Source of the DNA: Nanobdellota archaeon
GTDB lineage: Archaea > Aenigmatarchaeota > Aenigmatarchaeia > Aenigmatarchaeales > Aenigmatarchaeaceae
Assembly (NCBI GenBank): GCA_018901655.1
Contig: JAHIEG010000013.1
Span: 1-54,865 of the forward strand
DNA length: 54,865 nucleotides
Reading direction: 5' to 3'
The notes under the pieces are model-generated. The model saw nothing but the letters and a program-made list of their open reading frames with translations. It was not told the origin of the DNA and did no database searches. Numbering within the stretch: position 1 is the stretch's first letter; each line of letters opens with the position of its first letter. Both the position numbers and the translations under genes were made by a program. Below are positions 1-9,591 of this stretch, piece after piece.

Positions 1-5
1 AAAAT

Positions 6-197
6 ATGGAAAAATCAATTGTAAACATAAACTCAGTAGGAGTTTCATATAAATCAGGACCTGTAAAAACAGCAATGATAAACGGAAATGGCTATGCCTC
101 TTCAACAGATCTTTCAAGTCTTCAAAACATGTCAAGCGATTTAACAAGTTGTGTTGATCGAAATAATGAAAGAGTATACAAATTAATGAGTGATTAA
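6..197 (+). CDS. hypothetical protein
   Basis: 63-aa ORF closely followed by the next ORF; no recognisable motif. Confidence 0.45.
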   Translation: MEKSIVNINSVGVSYKSGPVKTAMINGNGYASSTDLSSLQNMSSDLTSCVDRNNERVYKLMSD

Positions 198-198
198 A

Positions 199-450
199 AT
201 GTATAGCACATCTGTAAGTTCAAAAATAGTATTTGAAAACAATAGTGAACCAAAATTAACAAAATTAGATATCAGTGTAGATGGATATAATGAAGAAAAG
301 AATCTTAAACGACATAAAAAATATTATACAAAAGAAGAATTTGAAAACGAACTTGAATATCATATCCTTGACTGGAGAATTCCTCTATGGAATACCATGT
401 TCTATGACATGGTAGATCGATTCAAAAGATGGAAATATCGAAGAATGTAA
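199..450 (+). CDS. hypothetical protein
   Basis: ATG at 199 preceded by SD-like GAGTGA; followed by a hairpin. Confidence 0.55.
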   Translation: MYSTSVSSKIVFENNSEPKLTKLDISVDGYNEEKNLKRHKKYYTKEEFENELEYHILDWRIPLWNTMFYDMVDRFKRWKYRRM

Positions 451-470
451 GTTGCTCTTAGGAGCAACTT
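449..470 (+). terminator. inverted-repeat hairpin, possible terminator
   Basis: AAGTTGCTC-ttag-GAGCAACTT perfect 9-bp stem at the stop codon. Confidence 0.5.
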
Positions 471-495
471 TATATTCTAAGAACCTAATTTTATT

Positions 496-2181
496 ATGCA
501 AACCCCATGGACAGATTTAAAAAAAGAAATCGCTAAACAAGTTAAGAAGATAACTAAGATTGATGTTTCAAATCTAATAGAAGAACCTAACATACTTGGA
601 CACGGAGACTTAGCCCTACCTTGTTTCGCACTATCTAAACAATTTAAAATCTCTCCTAACGAAATATCAGAAGACCTGGCTGGACAGATAAAAATAAAGT
701 ACTTTAATAAAATTGAGTCTCTTGGACCATATGTAAATTTCTACATCGATTGGAATTTATTTGGTAAAAACATTTTAAAAGAAATTAATAAAGATTATGG
801 AAAAACAAAGATTGATAAAAATAAAAATGTTATGGTCGAATTTTCTACTGCTAATACAAACAAGTCTCTACACATTGGTCATACAAGAAATATTGTAATC
901 GGAGACAGTCTTTCAAAAATAATGAGCGCTGCTGGATTTAATGTAATAAAAGTAGATTATATGGGAGATATTGGTTTGCACATTGCTAAAACAATTTATG
1001 CTTATGATCATTGGGGAAAGGGTAAAGCTCCAAAAGAAAAACCTGATGTATATATTGGTAAACTTTATTCTATGTTTGCAAAACGTATGGATAAAAAACC
1101 GGAACTAGAATTAAAAGCAAGAGAAGTTTTAAAGAAATGGGAAGAAGGAGATAAAGAGACTAGAAAAACTTGGATTAAATTAAAAAAATGGGCACTTGAA
1201 GGAATTAATGAAACATATAATCGTTTTGGAATAAAATTTGATCACGTTTATTATGAAAGTGAATTTGAAGAAAGTGGTAAAAAATTTGTAGACACGATGT
1301 TAAAAAAACAAATAGCGTTCAAGGCTGAAGAAGGTCAAATAGTTGCCAATCTAGAAAAATATGGTATTCCGAATTTTATTATTCTAAGGTCAGATGGAAC
1401 AAGTTTATATCAAACGAAAGAACTTGGTTTAATTGATGAAAAATTTACAAAATACAAGTTATTCAAATCAATTAATGTTGTTGGACGAGAGCAAGAATTA
1501 TATTTTGAACAATGCTATAAAGTAATGGATTTATTAAATCATAAAAGCGCAGGAAAGTGTCACCATCTTTCTTATGGACTTGTAATGGGAACAGAAGGAA
1601 AAATGTCTGGTCGAACAGGAGAAGCAGTATTTCTTGATAATTTATTAGACGATACTAAAAAAATAATTATGAGAGTTGTTTCCAAAAAATATAAGAAAAA
1701 AGAAGCAGAAAAAATAGCTGAAGATGTTGCAGTCGGTGCAATCAAATATGCTTTGATAAAATATTCCCCAGATAGAAGCATCATGTTTGATCAAAAGGAA
1801 ATAACAAAATACGAAGGAGATACTGGTCCTTATTTACAATATACTTATGCAAGAGCAAATTCTATTTTAAAGAAAGCTAAAAGAATTCCTAAAAACTATG
1901 ATGCAACCTTATTAACAAATGAAAGAGAAATTGGATTAATAAAACTAATAGCAAGATATCCTGAGTTTATAGAAAAATCAGCTAGAGAACTTAGACCACA
2001 TCATATGGCAAATTATGCTTACATGTTAGCAGAAACGTTTAATAATTTTTATCAAACTCTTCCAGTTATAGGAAAAGATGTTGAATTAGAAAGTGCAAGG
2101 TTAAAACTGGTTGACTCAGTAAAAACAGTTCTAGGGAACAGTTTAAGCCTGTTGGGCATACCGCTCCTAGATAAAATGTAA
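496..2181 (+). CDS. argS: arginyl-tRNA synthetase
   Basis: VEFSTANTNKSLHIGH (HIGH), GKMSGRTG, GDTGPYLQYTYARANSIL, C-terminal anticodon-binding domain ending LDKM. Confidence 0.97.
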   Translation: MQTPWTDLKKEIAKQVKKITKIDVSNLIEEPNILGHGDLALPCFALSKQFKISPNEISEDLAGQIKIKYFNKIESLGPYVNFYIDWNLFGKNILKEINKDYGKTKIDKNKNVMVEFSTANTNKSLHIGHTRNIVIGDSLSKIMSAAGFNVIKVDYMGDIGLHIAKTIYAYDHWGKGKAPKEKPDVYIGKLYSMFAKRMDKKPELELKAREVLKKWEEGDKETRKTWIKLKKWALEGINETYNRFGIKFDHVYYESEFEESGKKFVDTMLKKQIAFKAEEGQIVANLEKYGIPNFIILRSDGTSLYQTKELGLIDEKFTKYKLFKSINVVGREQELYFEQCYKVMDLLNHKSAGKCHHLSYGLVMGTEGKMSGRTGEAVFLDNLLDDTKKIIMRVVSKKYKKKEAEKIAEDVAVGAIKYALIKYSPDRSIMFDQKEITKYEGDTGPYLQYTYARANSILKKAKRIPKNYDATLLTNEREIGLIKLIARYPEFIEKSARELRPHHMANYAYMLAETFNNFYQTLPVIGKDVELESARLKLVDSVKTVLGNSLSLLGIPLLDKM

Positions 2182-2259
2182 ACTATTTACAAAGATTTGA
2201 AAGTTTTTTTCCATTGCTCAGTTCCTTATAACTATTTTCTATATCTCCTATCATCATAA

Positions 2260-2766
2260 TTATGAATAATTAAGCAGTGTTTGTATTTTTTCCATTGAAC
2301 TATAAAGATTATTTAAGTTCATTCCAATAATTGGAACTTGGAAATTTTTCTTATGCATCATTTCTTCAATCTCTTCTATCAATATTCCTTTACCAGGACC
2401 TCTTTTACTTCCATTTTCAACTTGATGTACACCACATGTTGAAGACATTTCAACACCAATTATACCAAGAACCTGATATTTGTTTTGAAGATAATTTTGT
2501 ACTTGATTTAAAATATCTGTTGAAAGATTTTTACAATGTTTTCTATATGAAGCATTATCATAAGAATCTTTTGTTTTTAATTTCCGATTCAAACCACCAT
2601 TATAATTAATTTGTGGACAAGGAAGCTGAATAATTCCAACACCAGACTCTGTTAACATGTCAGTAAGATCTTTTACAGCACCAGGATATTTTTCACTACC
2701 AAATGCCCTAGCATTTTGATTCAATAAACAATGCGATACAAAAACTATTTTCTTGCTTCTTTCCAT
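2260..2766 (-). CDS. DUF523/TudS-related (thiouracil desulfidase-like) Fe-S protein
   Basis: SHCLLNQN, QLPCP(Q) and SSTCG cysteine motifs; start reassigned to ATG at 2766 (MERSKK). Confidence 0.75.
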   Translation of the reverse strand: MERSKKIVFVSHCLLNQNARAFGSEKYPGAVKDLTDMLTESGVGIIQLPCPQINYNGGLNRKLKTKDSYDNASYRKHCKNLSTDILNQVQNYLQNKYQVLGIIGVEMSSTCGVHQVENGSKRGPGKGILIEEIEEMMHKKNFQVPIIGMNLNNLYSSMEKIQTLLNYS

Positions 2767-2898
2767 ATTCAACACGTCTCGGGTAATAATAAAATATGGG
2801 TATAAATGATATTTAAACTTACTTGTTGGTGGTAAGTAGTAACAAAATAAAAAAGTCAATTGTCGTATGGACTAATTGGCTTAAATATTTTACTTTGA

Positions 2899-2913
2899 TA
2901 CTATTTTACAGTT
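2899..2913. promoter_or_regulatory. TACT-N7-AGTT palindrome, putative TrmB operator (autoregulatory)
   Basis: Lies between TATA-like TTAAATA (2881) and the trmB ATG; a second, one-mismatch copy TACT-N7-GGTA is at 2820-2834. Confidence 0.5.
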
Positions 2914-2927
2914 AAAAAGGTTAAAAT

Positions 2928-3710
2928 ATGGAGATGACTGAAATTGAAGCAATGTTTAAACATCTAGGTCTTAAACATTATGAATCTAAAGCAATGATAA
3001 CACTTTTTAGTTATGGTAAAAATACTGCTGAACAAATTACTTCTTTATCTGGAATTCCATTACCTAGAGTTTATGATACAATGAATGGATTAGCAAAAAG
3101 AGGTTTTGTTTCTGTTTCTAAAACAAGACCAGAAATGTTCAAAGCAATTGATCCTAAAAGACTTCTATCTTTATTAGAGGAAGAAGAAACAAAAAAAACA
3201 AATAAAAAATTAAAAGAAATGAGCAGTATCATGCCTCAATTATTAAAACATATCAAACTAGTAGATAACGGCCACACAGATATTGAAGATGATATAATTG
3301 CTGTCATTAAACGAAGAGTCAATATTAGAAAAGATAGAGAAGAATTTCATATGTTAGCTAAAAAAGAAATTCTTGTATTTAGTGGTGACATGTCTTGGGT
3401 AAGACATGTTGAAGATCTTGTAAAAGATGCAATAAAAAGAAATGTTGATTATAAAATTATATATTGCAAAAATAATAAAGATTCTATTACAAATGCTAAC
3501 AAGTTTAAAAAATTGGGTGCAAAGGCTAAATACTTTAAAGATACAGCAGAATTAAGATGTTTAGTATTTGATAGAAAAGCTGTTTCTGTTATTATTAAAA
3601 AATATAAGGTTTCTGGAGATTTTGAATATAGCATTGTTAACATTCACAATTCGATAATTGCTGATGTATTTGCTAGACACTTTGATTCTGTTTGGAAACA
3701 GGCAAAGTAA
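2928..3710 (+). CDS. TrmB-family transcriptional regulator
   Basis: N-terminal wHTH LGLKHYESKA...SGIPLPRVYDTMNGLAKRGFV...RPEMFKAIDP; C-terminal PLD-like effector domain. Confidence 0.92.
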   Translation: MEMTEIEAMFKHLGLKHYESKAMITLFSYGKNTAEQITSLSGIPLPRVYDTMNGLAKRGFVSVSKTRPEMFKAIDPKRLLSLLEEEETKKTNKKLKEMSSIMPQLLKHIKLVDNGHTDIEDDIIAVIKRRVNIRKDREEFHMLAKKEILVFSGDMSWVRHVEDLVKDAIKRNVDYKIIYCKNNKDSITNANKFKKLGAKAKYFKDTAELRCLVFDRKAVSVIIKKYKVSGDFEYSIVNIHNSIIADVFARHFDSVWKQAK

Positions 3711-3740
3711 GGTTAAATCCTTTTCTGTTCAAGTTTAATT

Positions 3741-4427
3741 ATGAGTAAATTGCCACCGCTAATTACGAGAAAAAAATATATTCACGAAACCATTAAAAAT
3801 AAAATTAAAAATTACACCGATAGCTTTTATCATATAGGAGATGAAATTGAATTAACACTATCTAATATTAAACCTATTGAAATCGGTGGAAAAGAAGTTT
3901 ATCCAGATTATATCTTTCTTGGAAGAAGTTCAACAGATCAGAAAAAAATGAAATTGGTTAGAAATCTAATTCAACAACCAATTAATAAATTGATAGAAAA
4001 ATACGACCTAATAAATCAATATAAGTTTTTAAGTTTCACAGAAAACTACTTACCATACGTACCTAATGACAGAGATTATACACTTTTTACAAAAACCACA
4101 ATTAACGATAAGGAAAAAGAAAAAATAAAAGATTATTTACAAACCAATATACCGTTAATACAAAACGCACCTAAAGCAGAATTTAGAATAGAAACTTTGG
4201 ATTCCTGGAAAAGGATTCTTAGAACATTTCCTTATGAAAAGCCACATAGAGATCACATTAAAGATATCCCATTTAATTCCGTCATCCTTCAATCGAATAA
4301 TGATCCTAAAATCAACGAATTGTTAAAAAATATAAAAACAAAAACCGGAAATCCAAGAACATATGAAGAGTTTAAAATCGAAGTGAAAGAATTTCAAAAC
4401 GCAGTTGAAATCAGTCCTTGGTTTTAA
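3741..4427 (+). CDS. hypothetical protein
   Basis: 228-aa ORF, no recognisable motif. Confidence 0.6.
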   Translation: MSKLPPLITRKKYIHETIKNKIKNYTDSFYHIGDEIELTLSNIKPIEIGGKEVYPDYIFLGRSSTDQKKMKLVRNLIQQPINKLIEKYDLINQYKFLSFTENYLPYVPNDRDYTLFTKTTINDKEKEKIKDYLQTNIPLIQNAPKAEFRIETLDSWKRILRTFPYEKPHRDHIKDIPFNSVILQSNNDPKINELLKNIKTKTGNPRTYEEFKIEVKEFQNAVEISPWF

Positions 4428-4451
4428 ATAATCTCCAGTCCAATTCTAATT

Positions 4452-4856
4452 ATGAAATTCAAATTCGTAGAACATACAGCAGATATAGGTATTGAAGCTT
4501 ATGGTGAAAATATGAAAGAAACTTTCGCAAATGCAGCTTTAGGTCTGTTTGAAATAATGATAGATACAACCAAAGTTGAAGAAAAAGAAACAATAGAAAT
4601 TACAGCCAAGGGTGAAGATATACAAAGTTTACTTTATGATTTCTTAGAACAGTTCTTAATCATTCATGATACAGACAACCTTGTCTTTTCACGGGTTGTA
4701 GTTAATAAACTAACTGATGACTTTAAGATTGAAGCAACTGCTTATGGAGAAGAGTTTGATACAAACAAACATGAAGGGCGAAGTGGAATTAAAGCAATAA
4801 CCTATCAAAGAATGAACATAACAGATAAAAAGATATTTTACTTAGTAGACATTTGA
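4452..4856 (+). CDS. archease
   Basis: EHTADIGI N-terminus, IKAITY motif, ends VDI; near rtcB. Confidence 0.95.
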   Translation: MKFKFVEHTADIGIEAYGENMKETFANAALGLFEIMIDTTKVEEKETIEITAKGEDIQSLLYDFLEQFLIIHDTDNLVFSRVVVNKLTDDFKIEATAYGEEFDTNKHEGRSGIKAITYQRMNITDKKIFYLVDI

Positions 4857-5267
4857 ATCGCTATTATGCGTCTCGATGAATTTTACAATATCATTCTTAG
4901 AAACGTGAACAACGCGTGGCACATATTCTCCAAAAACCATCTTAGAATAATCAGCAATCTTAATAGGTTTCTCTAACATTGGGTCATAAATTAAATTATT
5001 ACAATCGCAAACAAGATGTAATTTCCATTGAACTTTACCACCATATAATTGAGGTGTTATCAATTTCAGTTTTTCATCAGTATATTTACTGAATTCTAAT
5101 ACTTGTGATATTTTATCATCTTCTAATAATCTTTTAGATATATCAGCTGCAACCACATCACAATGATTAATAAATTTTCTATCTGGAAGCCGAGAATAAC
5201 GATTAAATCGCATTTCACGAATTAGTTGTCTATGCAATTCGATTAAATATTGTTCTCCTAAACCCAT
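4842..5267 (-). CDS. hypothetical protein, possible papain/transglutaminase-like Cys-His-Asp fold
   Basis: HCDVVA...WKLHLV...LIYDP pattern. Confidence 0.55.
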   Translation of the reverse strand: MGLGEQYLIELHRQLIREMRFNRYSRLPDRKFINHCDVVAADISKRLLEDDKISQVLEFSKYTDEKLKLITPQLYGGKVQWKLHLVCDCNNLIYDPMLEKPIKIADYSKMVFGEYVPRVVHVSKNDIVKFIETHNSDSNVY

Positions 5268-5319
5268 ATTATAATTACATAATAATAAACTTTTAAACTC
5301 TTCTTACGTAATAAATTAT

Positions 5320-6762
5320 ATGCAATTGAAAAAAATCGATGATGTAAGATGGGAAATACCAATAGGTTCAATTCCTGGAATGAAAGTTCCTGGTCGAATC
5401 TATGCATCTGAAAAACTAATTGAAAAAATGAAATCAGATCGAACATTAAATCAATTAGCTGGTGTGGCAACATTGCCAGGTATTTACAAACATGCTATAG
5501 TCCTACCAGATGGACATGAAGGTTATGGATTTCCTATCGGTGGAGTTGCTGCTTTAGATTTTAAAACAGGTGGAATAAGTCCAGGTGGAATTGGTTATGA
5601 TATTAATTGTGGCGTACGATTACTTAGAACAAATCTTATGGCTGACGAAGTAAAAGGTAAAATGAAAGATATTGTCAATCAAATGTTTCAAAACGTACCT
5701 TCTGGACTTGGTTCTAAAGGTTTAATTAAAGTAAAATCTCATAATGAACTTGATGAACTTCTTAGAAAAGGAGCAAGGTGGGCAGTTGAACAAGGATATG
5801 GTTGGAAAGAAGATTTAGAACGACTTGAATCAAACGGCGAACTTAAAGAAGCAGATCCATCTTGTGTTTCAGACCAAGCTAAAAAAAGAGGAATGCCTCA
5901 AACAGGATCATTAGGTTCTGGAAATCATTTTTTAGAAATTCAAAAAGTAGATAAAATTTATGACAAAGAAATTGCTAAAACATTTGGGATTGACCGAGAA
6001 GGACAAGTTATGGTTATGATTCATACTGGATCTAGAGGTCTTGGTCATCAAGTTTGTTCAGACTACTTAAGAGAAATGGAAAGAACTTACCCAGACATAG
6101 TTGCTAAATTACCAGATCGTGAATTAATTTATGCTCCAGCAGGTTCTAAACTAGCTGATCGTTATTTCAAAGCAATGGCTTGTGCTGCTAATTATGCTTG
6201 GTGTAATAGACAAATGATTGTTCATTGGGTTAGAGAAAGTTTTGAAAACGTGTTTAACAAAACTGCAAAAGAGATGGATATGAGTATTGTTTATGATGTT
6301 GCTCACAATATTGCTAAAATTGAAAATCACGAAATTGATGGGAAAATGGTTAAAGTTTACATGCATCGAAAAGGAGCGACTAGGGCTTTTCCACCAGGAC
6401 ATTCTGAACTTCCAAAGATTTATCAAAAAACAGGACAACCTGTATTATTACCAGGATCATTCGGAACAGCATCTTATGTTTTAGCTGGAACTGAGGGAGG
6501 TAAAGAAACATTTTATTCAACTGCCCATGGAGCTGGACGTGTTATGAGTAGAAGTGCTGCACTTAGACAGTTCTCCGGAGATCAAATTATAAAAAATCTT
6601 GCAAAAAAAGGAATAACAATCAAAGTAGCTAGTAAAGAAGGAGCCGCTGAGGAAGCTGATCAATGCTATAAAGACATCGACGAAATTGCCAGGGTAAGTG
6701 ATGTTGCAGGAATAGCCAAAAGAGTAGTTAGATTACTTCCTCTTGGTTGTTGCAAAGGATGA
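5320..6762 (+). CDS. rtcB: tRNA-splicing ligase RtcB
   Basis: LPDGHEGYGFPIGG, GYDINCG, GSGNHF, HTGSRG, HRKGATRA, HGAGR motifs. Confidence 0.98.
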   Translation: MQLKKIDDVRWEIPIGSIPGMKVPGRIYASEKLIEKMKSDRTLNQLAGVATLPGIYKHAIVLPDGHEGYGFPIGGVAALDFKTGGISPGGIGYDINCGVRLLRTNLMADEVKGKMKDIVNQMFQNVPSGLGSKGLIKVKSHNELDELLRKGARWAVEQGYGWKEDLERLESNGELKEADPSCVSDQAKKRGMPQTGSLGSGNHFLEIQKVDKIYDKEIAKTFGIDREGQVMVMIHTGSRGLGHQVCSDYLREMERTYPDIVAKLPDRELIYAPAGSKLADRYFKAMACAANYAWCNRQMIVHWVRESFENVFNKTAKEMDMSIVYDVAHNIAKIENHEIDGKMVKVYMHRKGATRAFPPGHSELPKIYQKTGQPVLLPGSFGTASYVLAGTEGGKETFYSTAHGAGRVMSRSAALRQFSGDQIIKNLAKKGITIKVASKEGAAEEADQCYKDIDEIARVSDVAGIAKRVVRLLPLGCCKG

Positions 6763-6870
6763 ATAGTTTTCCAATTCCATTTTAGCATTTCTTATTATGT
6801 TTACAAATTCCAAACCCTTTTTATTAAGTCTATATTTATTCTTGGTTTTAATTAGAAATCCTCTTTTCAT
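6733..6870 (-). pseudogene. possible winged-helix C-terminal remnant (45 aa)
   Basis: MKRGFLIKTKNKYRLNKKGLEFV resembles the wing of a wHTH; overlaps the rtcB 3' end. Confidence 0.3.
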
Positions 6871-6958
6871 ATTCTAAAAATTCTTATTTATTCATAATTA
6901 TAATTAAATCGAAAAGTATTTATAGTTTAGTTCAACCTGGTATAATTAAAAGACAAAT

Positions 6959-7261
6959 CTATCTTTTAATTGAAAGTTCTTCTACGTATTTTCCACTCCT
7001 ATCTGCGTATTCTTGTGAACGATCCAAAATAGATTGTACGTCTTCTTTCAATAAATTGTCTTCTGAACACATGCTTATCAAATTATTACCACAAACAGAT
7101 ACCAAGTCGTAAAAACCAAGTGACTTTTCAATATGTCTTTTTGCGCTAGTTAATTCTTTACGTAGTTTAGCATTTTTACCTTCTATATATTCAGCAATCT
7201 GCCAACTTGTCATAATTCCCAAATGATTACAATATTGTTTAAATTTATCATCATTCATCAT
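6959..7261 (-). CDS. hypothetical protein
   Basis: 100 aa, AGGTGA SD upstream, probably co-transcribed with 7271-8185. Confidence 0.65.
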   Translation of the reverse strand: MMNDDKFKQYCNHLGIMTSWQIAEYIEGKNAKLRKELTSAKRHIEKSLGFYDLVSVCGNNLISMCSEDNLLKEDVQSILDRSQEYADRSGKYVEELSIKR

Positions 7262-7270
7262 AAATCACCT

Positions 7271-8185
7271 TTAAGTATCTAATAGATTTCTCCAATTTAC
7301 ATCTTCAGATTCTTTTACAATTTCAGGATTAAATGTATTACAATTTTTTCCATGACATACCATGTTAAACATTGAAATGTTTTGTTCTCTTTCACCAAGT
7401 CCTGCTCCTTGGCTTTCTAATTTATCTAAATTTTCATATGCTTGTTTATGAATAGGATTATCAGAGTGATAGGCCTGAATCCAATACCCCTTTTCTAATA
7501 TTTCTAATCCTAATAATTCTTTGTAGATTTTGCTCCTATTATTTTTTTTCATTTCCACTGTTTCCCATATCATTGCTTTTGAAAATGCAGTTGCTTTCAT
7601 CTCTTCTTCAATGCCATATCCTAGATATGGATTAAGAGAATGTCCATATTCGTGGAAAAGTGTATTGAGTACCCATGGCCTCTTTTCATTTAATAAAAAT
7701 ATATCATGTTTTTCTCTGCACCCTCTATGAAACCCACCAATACTATAATTTAAATTTCTACCATATTCTTTTAAAAGCATTGCACTATCTACTACTTTTA
7801 TAATTCTATTATCTAATGGAAAATTAACATTATGTTTACTTGCTACATAATTTATTGTCTGTTTGAAAAGTTCTTGTATTTCAGAATAATTTCTAATAAA
7901 AGGAGATTGTCTAAATGCAACTACATTTGGATTTTCAGGCTTAGTTTCAAGCTTAGTTTTTTTATCACCTAATTCATATCCAATATCATCATATCCGATA
8001 CCACCTAATTCATATCCAATATCATCATATCCGATACCACCTAATTCATATCCAATATCATCATATCCGATACCACCTAATTCAATATTTTTTATACCTT
8101 CAATACCCGTGATACCTTTCAATTTATATTTATCATAACTAAAAATATCTTCCACTTTTTGTTCATAAAAGCCCGTATATCCCAT
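7271..8185 (-). CDS. putative zincin metallopeptidase-like protein with tandem repeat
   Basis: TLFHEYGH (HEXXH) followed by EEEMKA. Confidence 0.6.
   Translation of the reverse strand: MGYTGFYEQKVEDIFSYDKYKLKGITGIEGIKNIELGGIGYDDIGYELGGIGYDDIGYELGGIGYDDIGYELGDKKTKLETKPENPNVVAFRQSPFIRNYSEIQELFKQTINYVASKHNVNFPLDNRIIKVVDSAMLLKEYGRNLNYSIGGFHRGCREKHDIFLLNEKRPWVLNTLFHEYGHSLNPYLGYGIEEEMKATAFSKAMIWETVEMKKNNRSKIYKELLGLEILEKGYWIQAYHSDNPIHKQAYENLDKLESQGAGLGEREQNISMFNMVCHGKNCNTFNPEIVKESEDVNWRNLLDT
7966..8084. repeat. perfect 36-bp tandem repeat x3.3 (ELGGIGYDDIGY)
   Basis: ccacctaattcatatccaatatcatcatatccgata repeated identically with no spacers, in frame. Confidence 0.95.
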
Positions 8186-8194
8186 AATAATATT

Positions 8195-8209
8195 TACTAC
8201 TTAGTAGTA
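8195..8209. promoter_or_regulatory. TACT-N7-AGTA palindrome, putative operator
   Basis: TACTACT-T-AGTAGTA between the minus-strand TTTATATA box and the ATG at 8185. Confidence 0.5.
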
Positions 8210-8284
8210 TATAAATATATCTATTCATCAATAAGCTAAAATCTATATAAACGTTAAACACCTAGCTAATAAGGAGGTAATTTA

Positions 8285-8566
8285 ATGCCAGTATCAAAAG
8301 CACCATATACAAGGAGTTATGCTCATACGAAGTCTAGAGGAAGTAACTCTATGGTAGATTGTGGATATTGTGGAAAAAAAGTACCTAGATATAAGACTTT
8401 TATTAAAACTAAAGGATTTAGAATTAATGATCCTACACTTCTACAACAAATAGATACAAGATTTCTTCACTTTGGACATGAAAAAATGTATGTTTGCCCA
8501 AAATGTGCAAGACATCATAAAATAGTTCAGCCTGGAAAGACAGTAAGGAAGAAGCATTTGAAATAA
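8285..8566 (+). CDS. rps26e: 30S ribosomal protein eS26 (S26e)-like
   Basis: Basic N-terminus ..RG, VDCGYCGKKVPRYK, YVCPKCARHHKIV zinc ribbon; GGAGGT SD. Confidence 0.75.
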   Translation: MPVSKAPYTRSYAHTKSRGSNSMVDCGYCGKKVPRYKTFIKTKGFRINDPTLLQQIDTRFLHFGHEKMYVCPKCARHHKIVQPGKTVRKKHLK

Positions 8567-8607
8567 CTTTAAAAGGTTTAAAACAATAATAATCTTAGGT
8601 GTTATAA

Positions 8608-8934
8608 ATGAAGATAATAGAAATAGAACCAGTATCAATGCCAGAAGCTAAAAGTATAATGGCAAAAAGAGAAAAGGTTGGAGAAATGAATTATGAGCAA
8701 AAATTAGCTCTAGAACACCTAAAATGCTTTACTAGGTTAACACCATCTGATGCAAAAAAGATGACAGAAGAGATAACAAATATAATTAAGATGTCTCCAG
8801 AAACACTAGTACAGATAATTAACATTCTACCAAAAAATGCAGATGAGTTAAGAATGATATTTGCAAGAGAGAAGTTTAGTCTCCAAGAAGAAGAAGTCAA
8901 AAAAATACTAGAAATAGTGGCTAAATTCAAATAG
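8608..8934 (+). CDS. rpo4: RNA polymerase subunit Rpo4 (RpoF)
   Basis: MNYEQKLALEHL, IINILPKNADELRMIF; upstream of DUF655. Confidence 0.93.
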   Translation: MKIIEIEPVSMPEAKSIMAKREKVGEMNYEQKLALEHLKCFTRLTPSDAKKMTEEITNIIKMSPETLVQIINILPKNADELRMIFAREKFSLQEEEVKKILEIVAKFK

Positions 8935-8943
8935 GTGAAAAAA

Positions 8944-9501
8944 ATGGTTCTAAAAGACGACAATGTAATAGTTTTAGATTTCCTATCATCTGGACACTCT
9001 AGGGGAAGAAGTGAACCAATAGCTCAAGTTATTGGAGTAAAATACTTTTCTATACTTGAAGTTGTAATTAAGAAAGATGTTATTGTTAAAAATGGTGAAA
9101 AATTATACATAGGTGGAGATAAGAGAGATAGAGTAGATCATATTAAAAGAAGAATAGGAGTTAATGAATTAAGCACATTTTCTAAATCTGAATTACCATT
9201 TATGATTAGAAAGATCGTTGAAGAAGATGAAAAAAGATTTTATGACTTTTTTAACACTGCTAGATCTGTTTCAACTAGAATGCATCAACTTGAATTATTA
9301 CCAGGAGTTGGGAAAAAACACATGTGGCAAATAATTGAAGAACGAAAGAAAGGTGTGTTTACTAGTTTTGGAGATGTTAAAGCTAGAATTAAATTACTTC
9401 CAGATCCAAAGGAAGCAGTAATCAAAAGGATTATGGAAGAAATTGAAAACGATGAAGAAAGATATAGACTTTTTGTAGCTGGAAAACCTAAACGATATTA
9501 A
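8944..9501 (+). CDS. DUF655 family HhH nucleic-acid-binding protein
   Basis: VLDFL, TRMHQLELLPGVGKK; conserved position after rpo4. Confidence 0.93.
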   Translation: MVLKDDNVIVLDFLSSGHSRGRSEPIAQVIGVKYFSILEVVIKKDVIVKNGEKLYIGGDKRDRVDHIKRRIGVNELSTFSKSELPFMIRKIVEEDEKRFYDFFNTARSVSTRMHQLELLPGVGKKHMWQIIEERKKGVFTSFGDVKARIKLLPDPKEAVIKRIMEEIENDEERYRLFVAGKPKRY

Positions 9502-9508
9502 ATTCTTG

Positions 9509-9525
9509 TAACTATATAGTAGTTA
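9509..9525. promoter_or_regulatory. TAACT-N7-AGTTA palindrome, putative operator
   Basis: Upstream of the TTTATATA box (~9539) of the 9592-12481 operon. Confidence 0.45.
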
Positions 9526-9591
9526 AATAATAGATAACTTTATATACTAGCTCACCATATATATTTACTATAGAGAAGTGGTGAAACAAAA

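Noticed and set aside
7966-8084. 36-bp repeats as a CRISPR array
   Set aside because: Repeats are contiguous with no spacers, are in frame within a CDS, and there are no cas genes in the window
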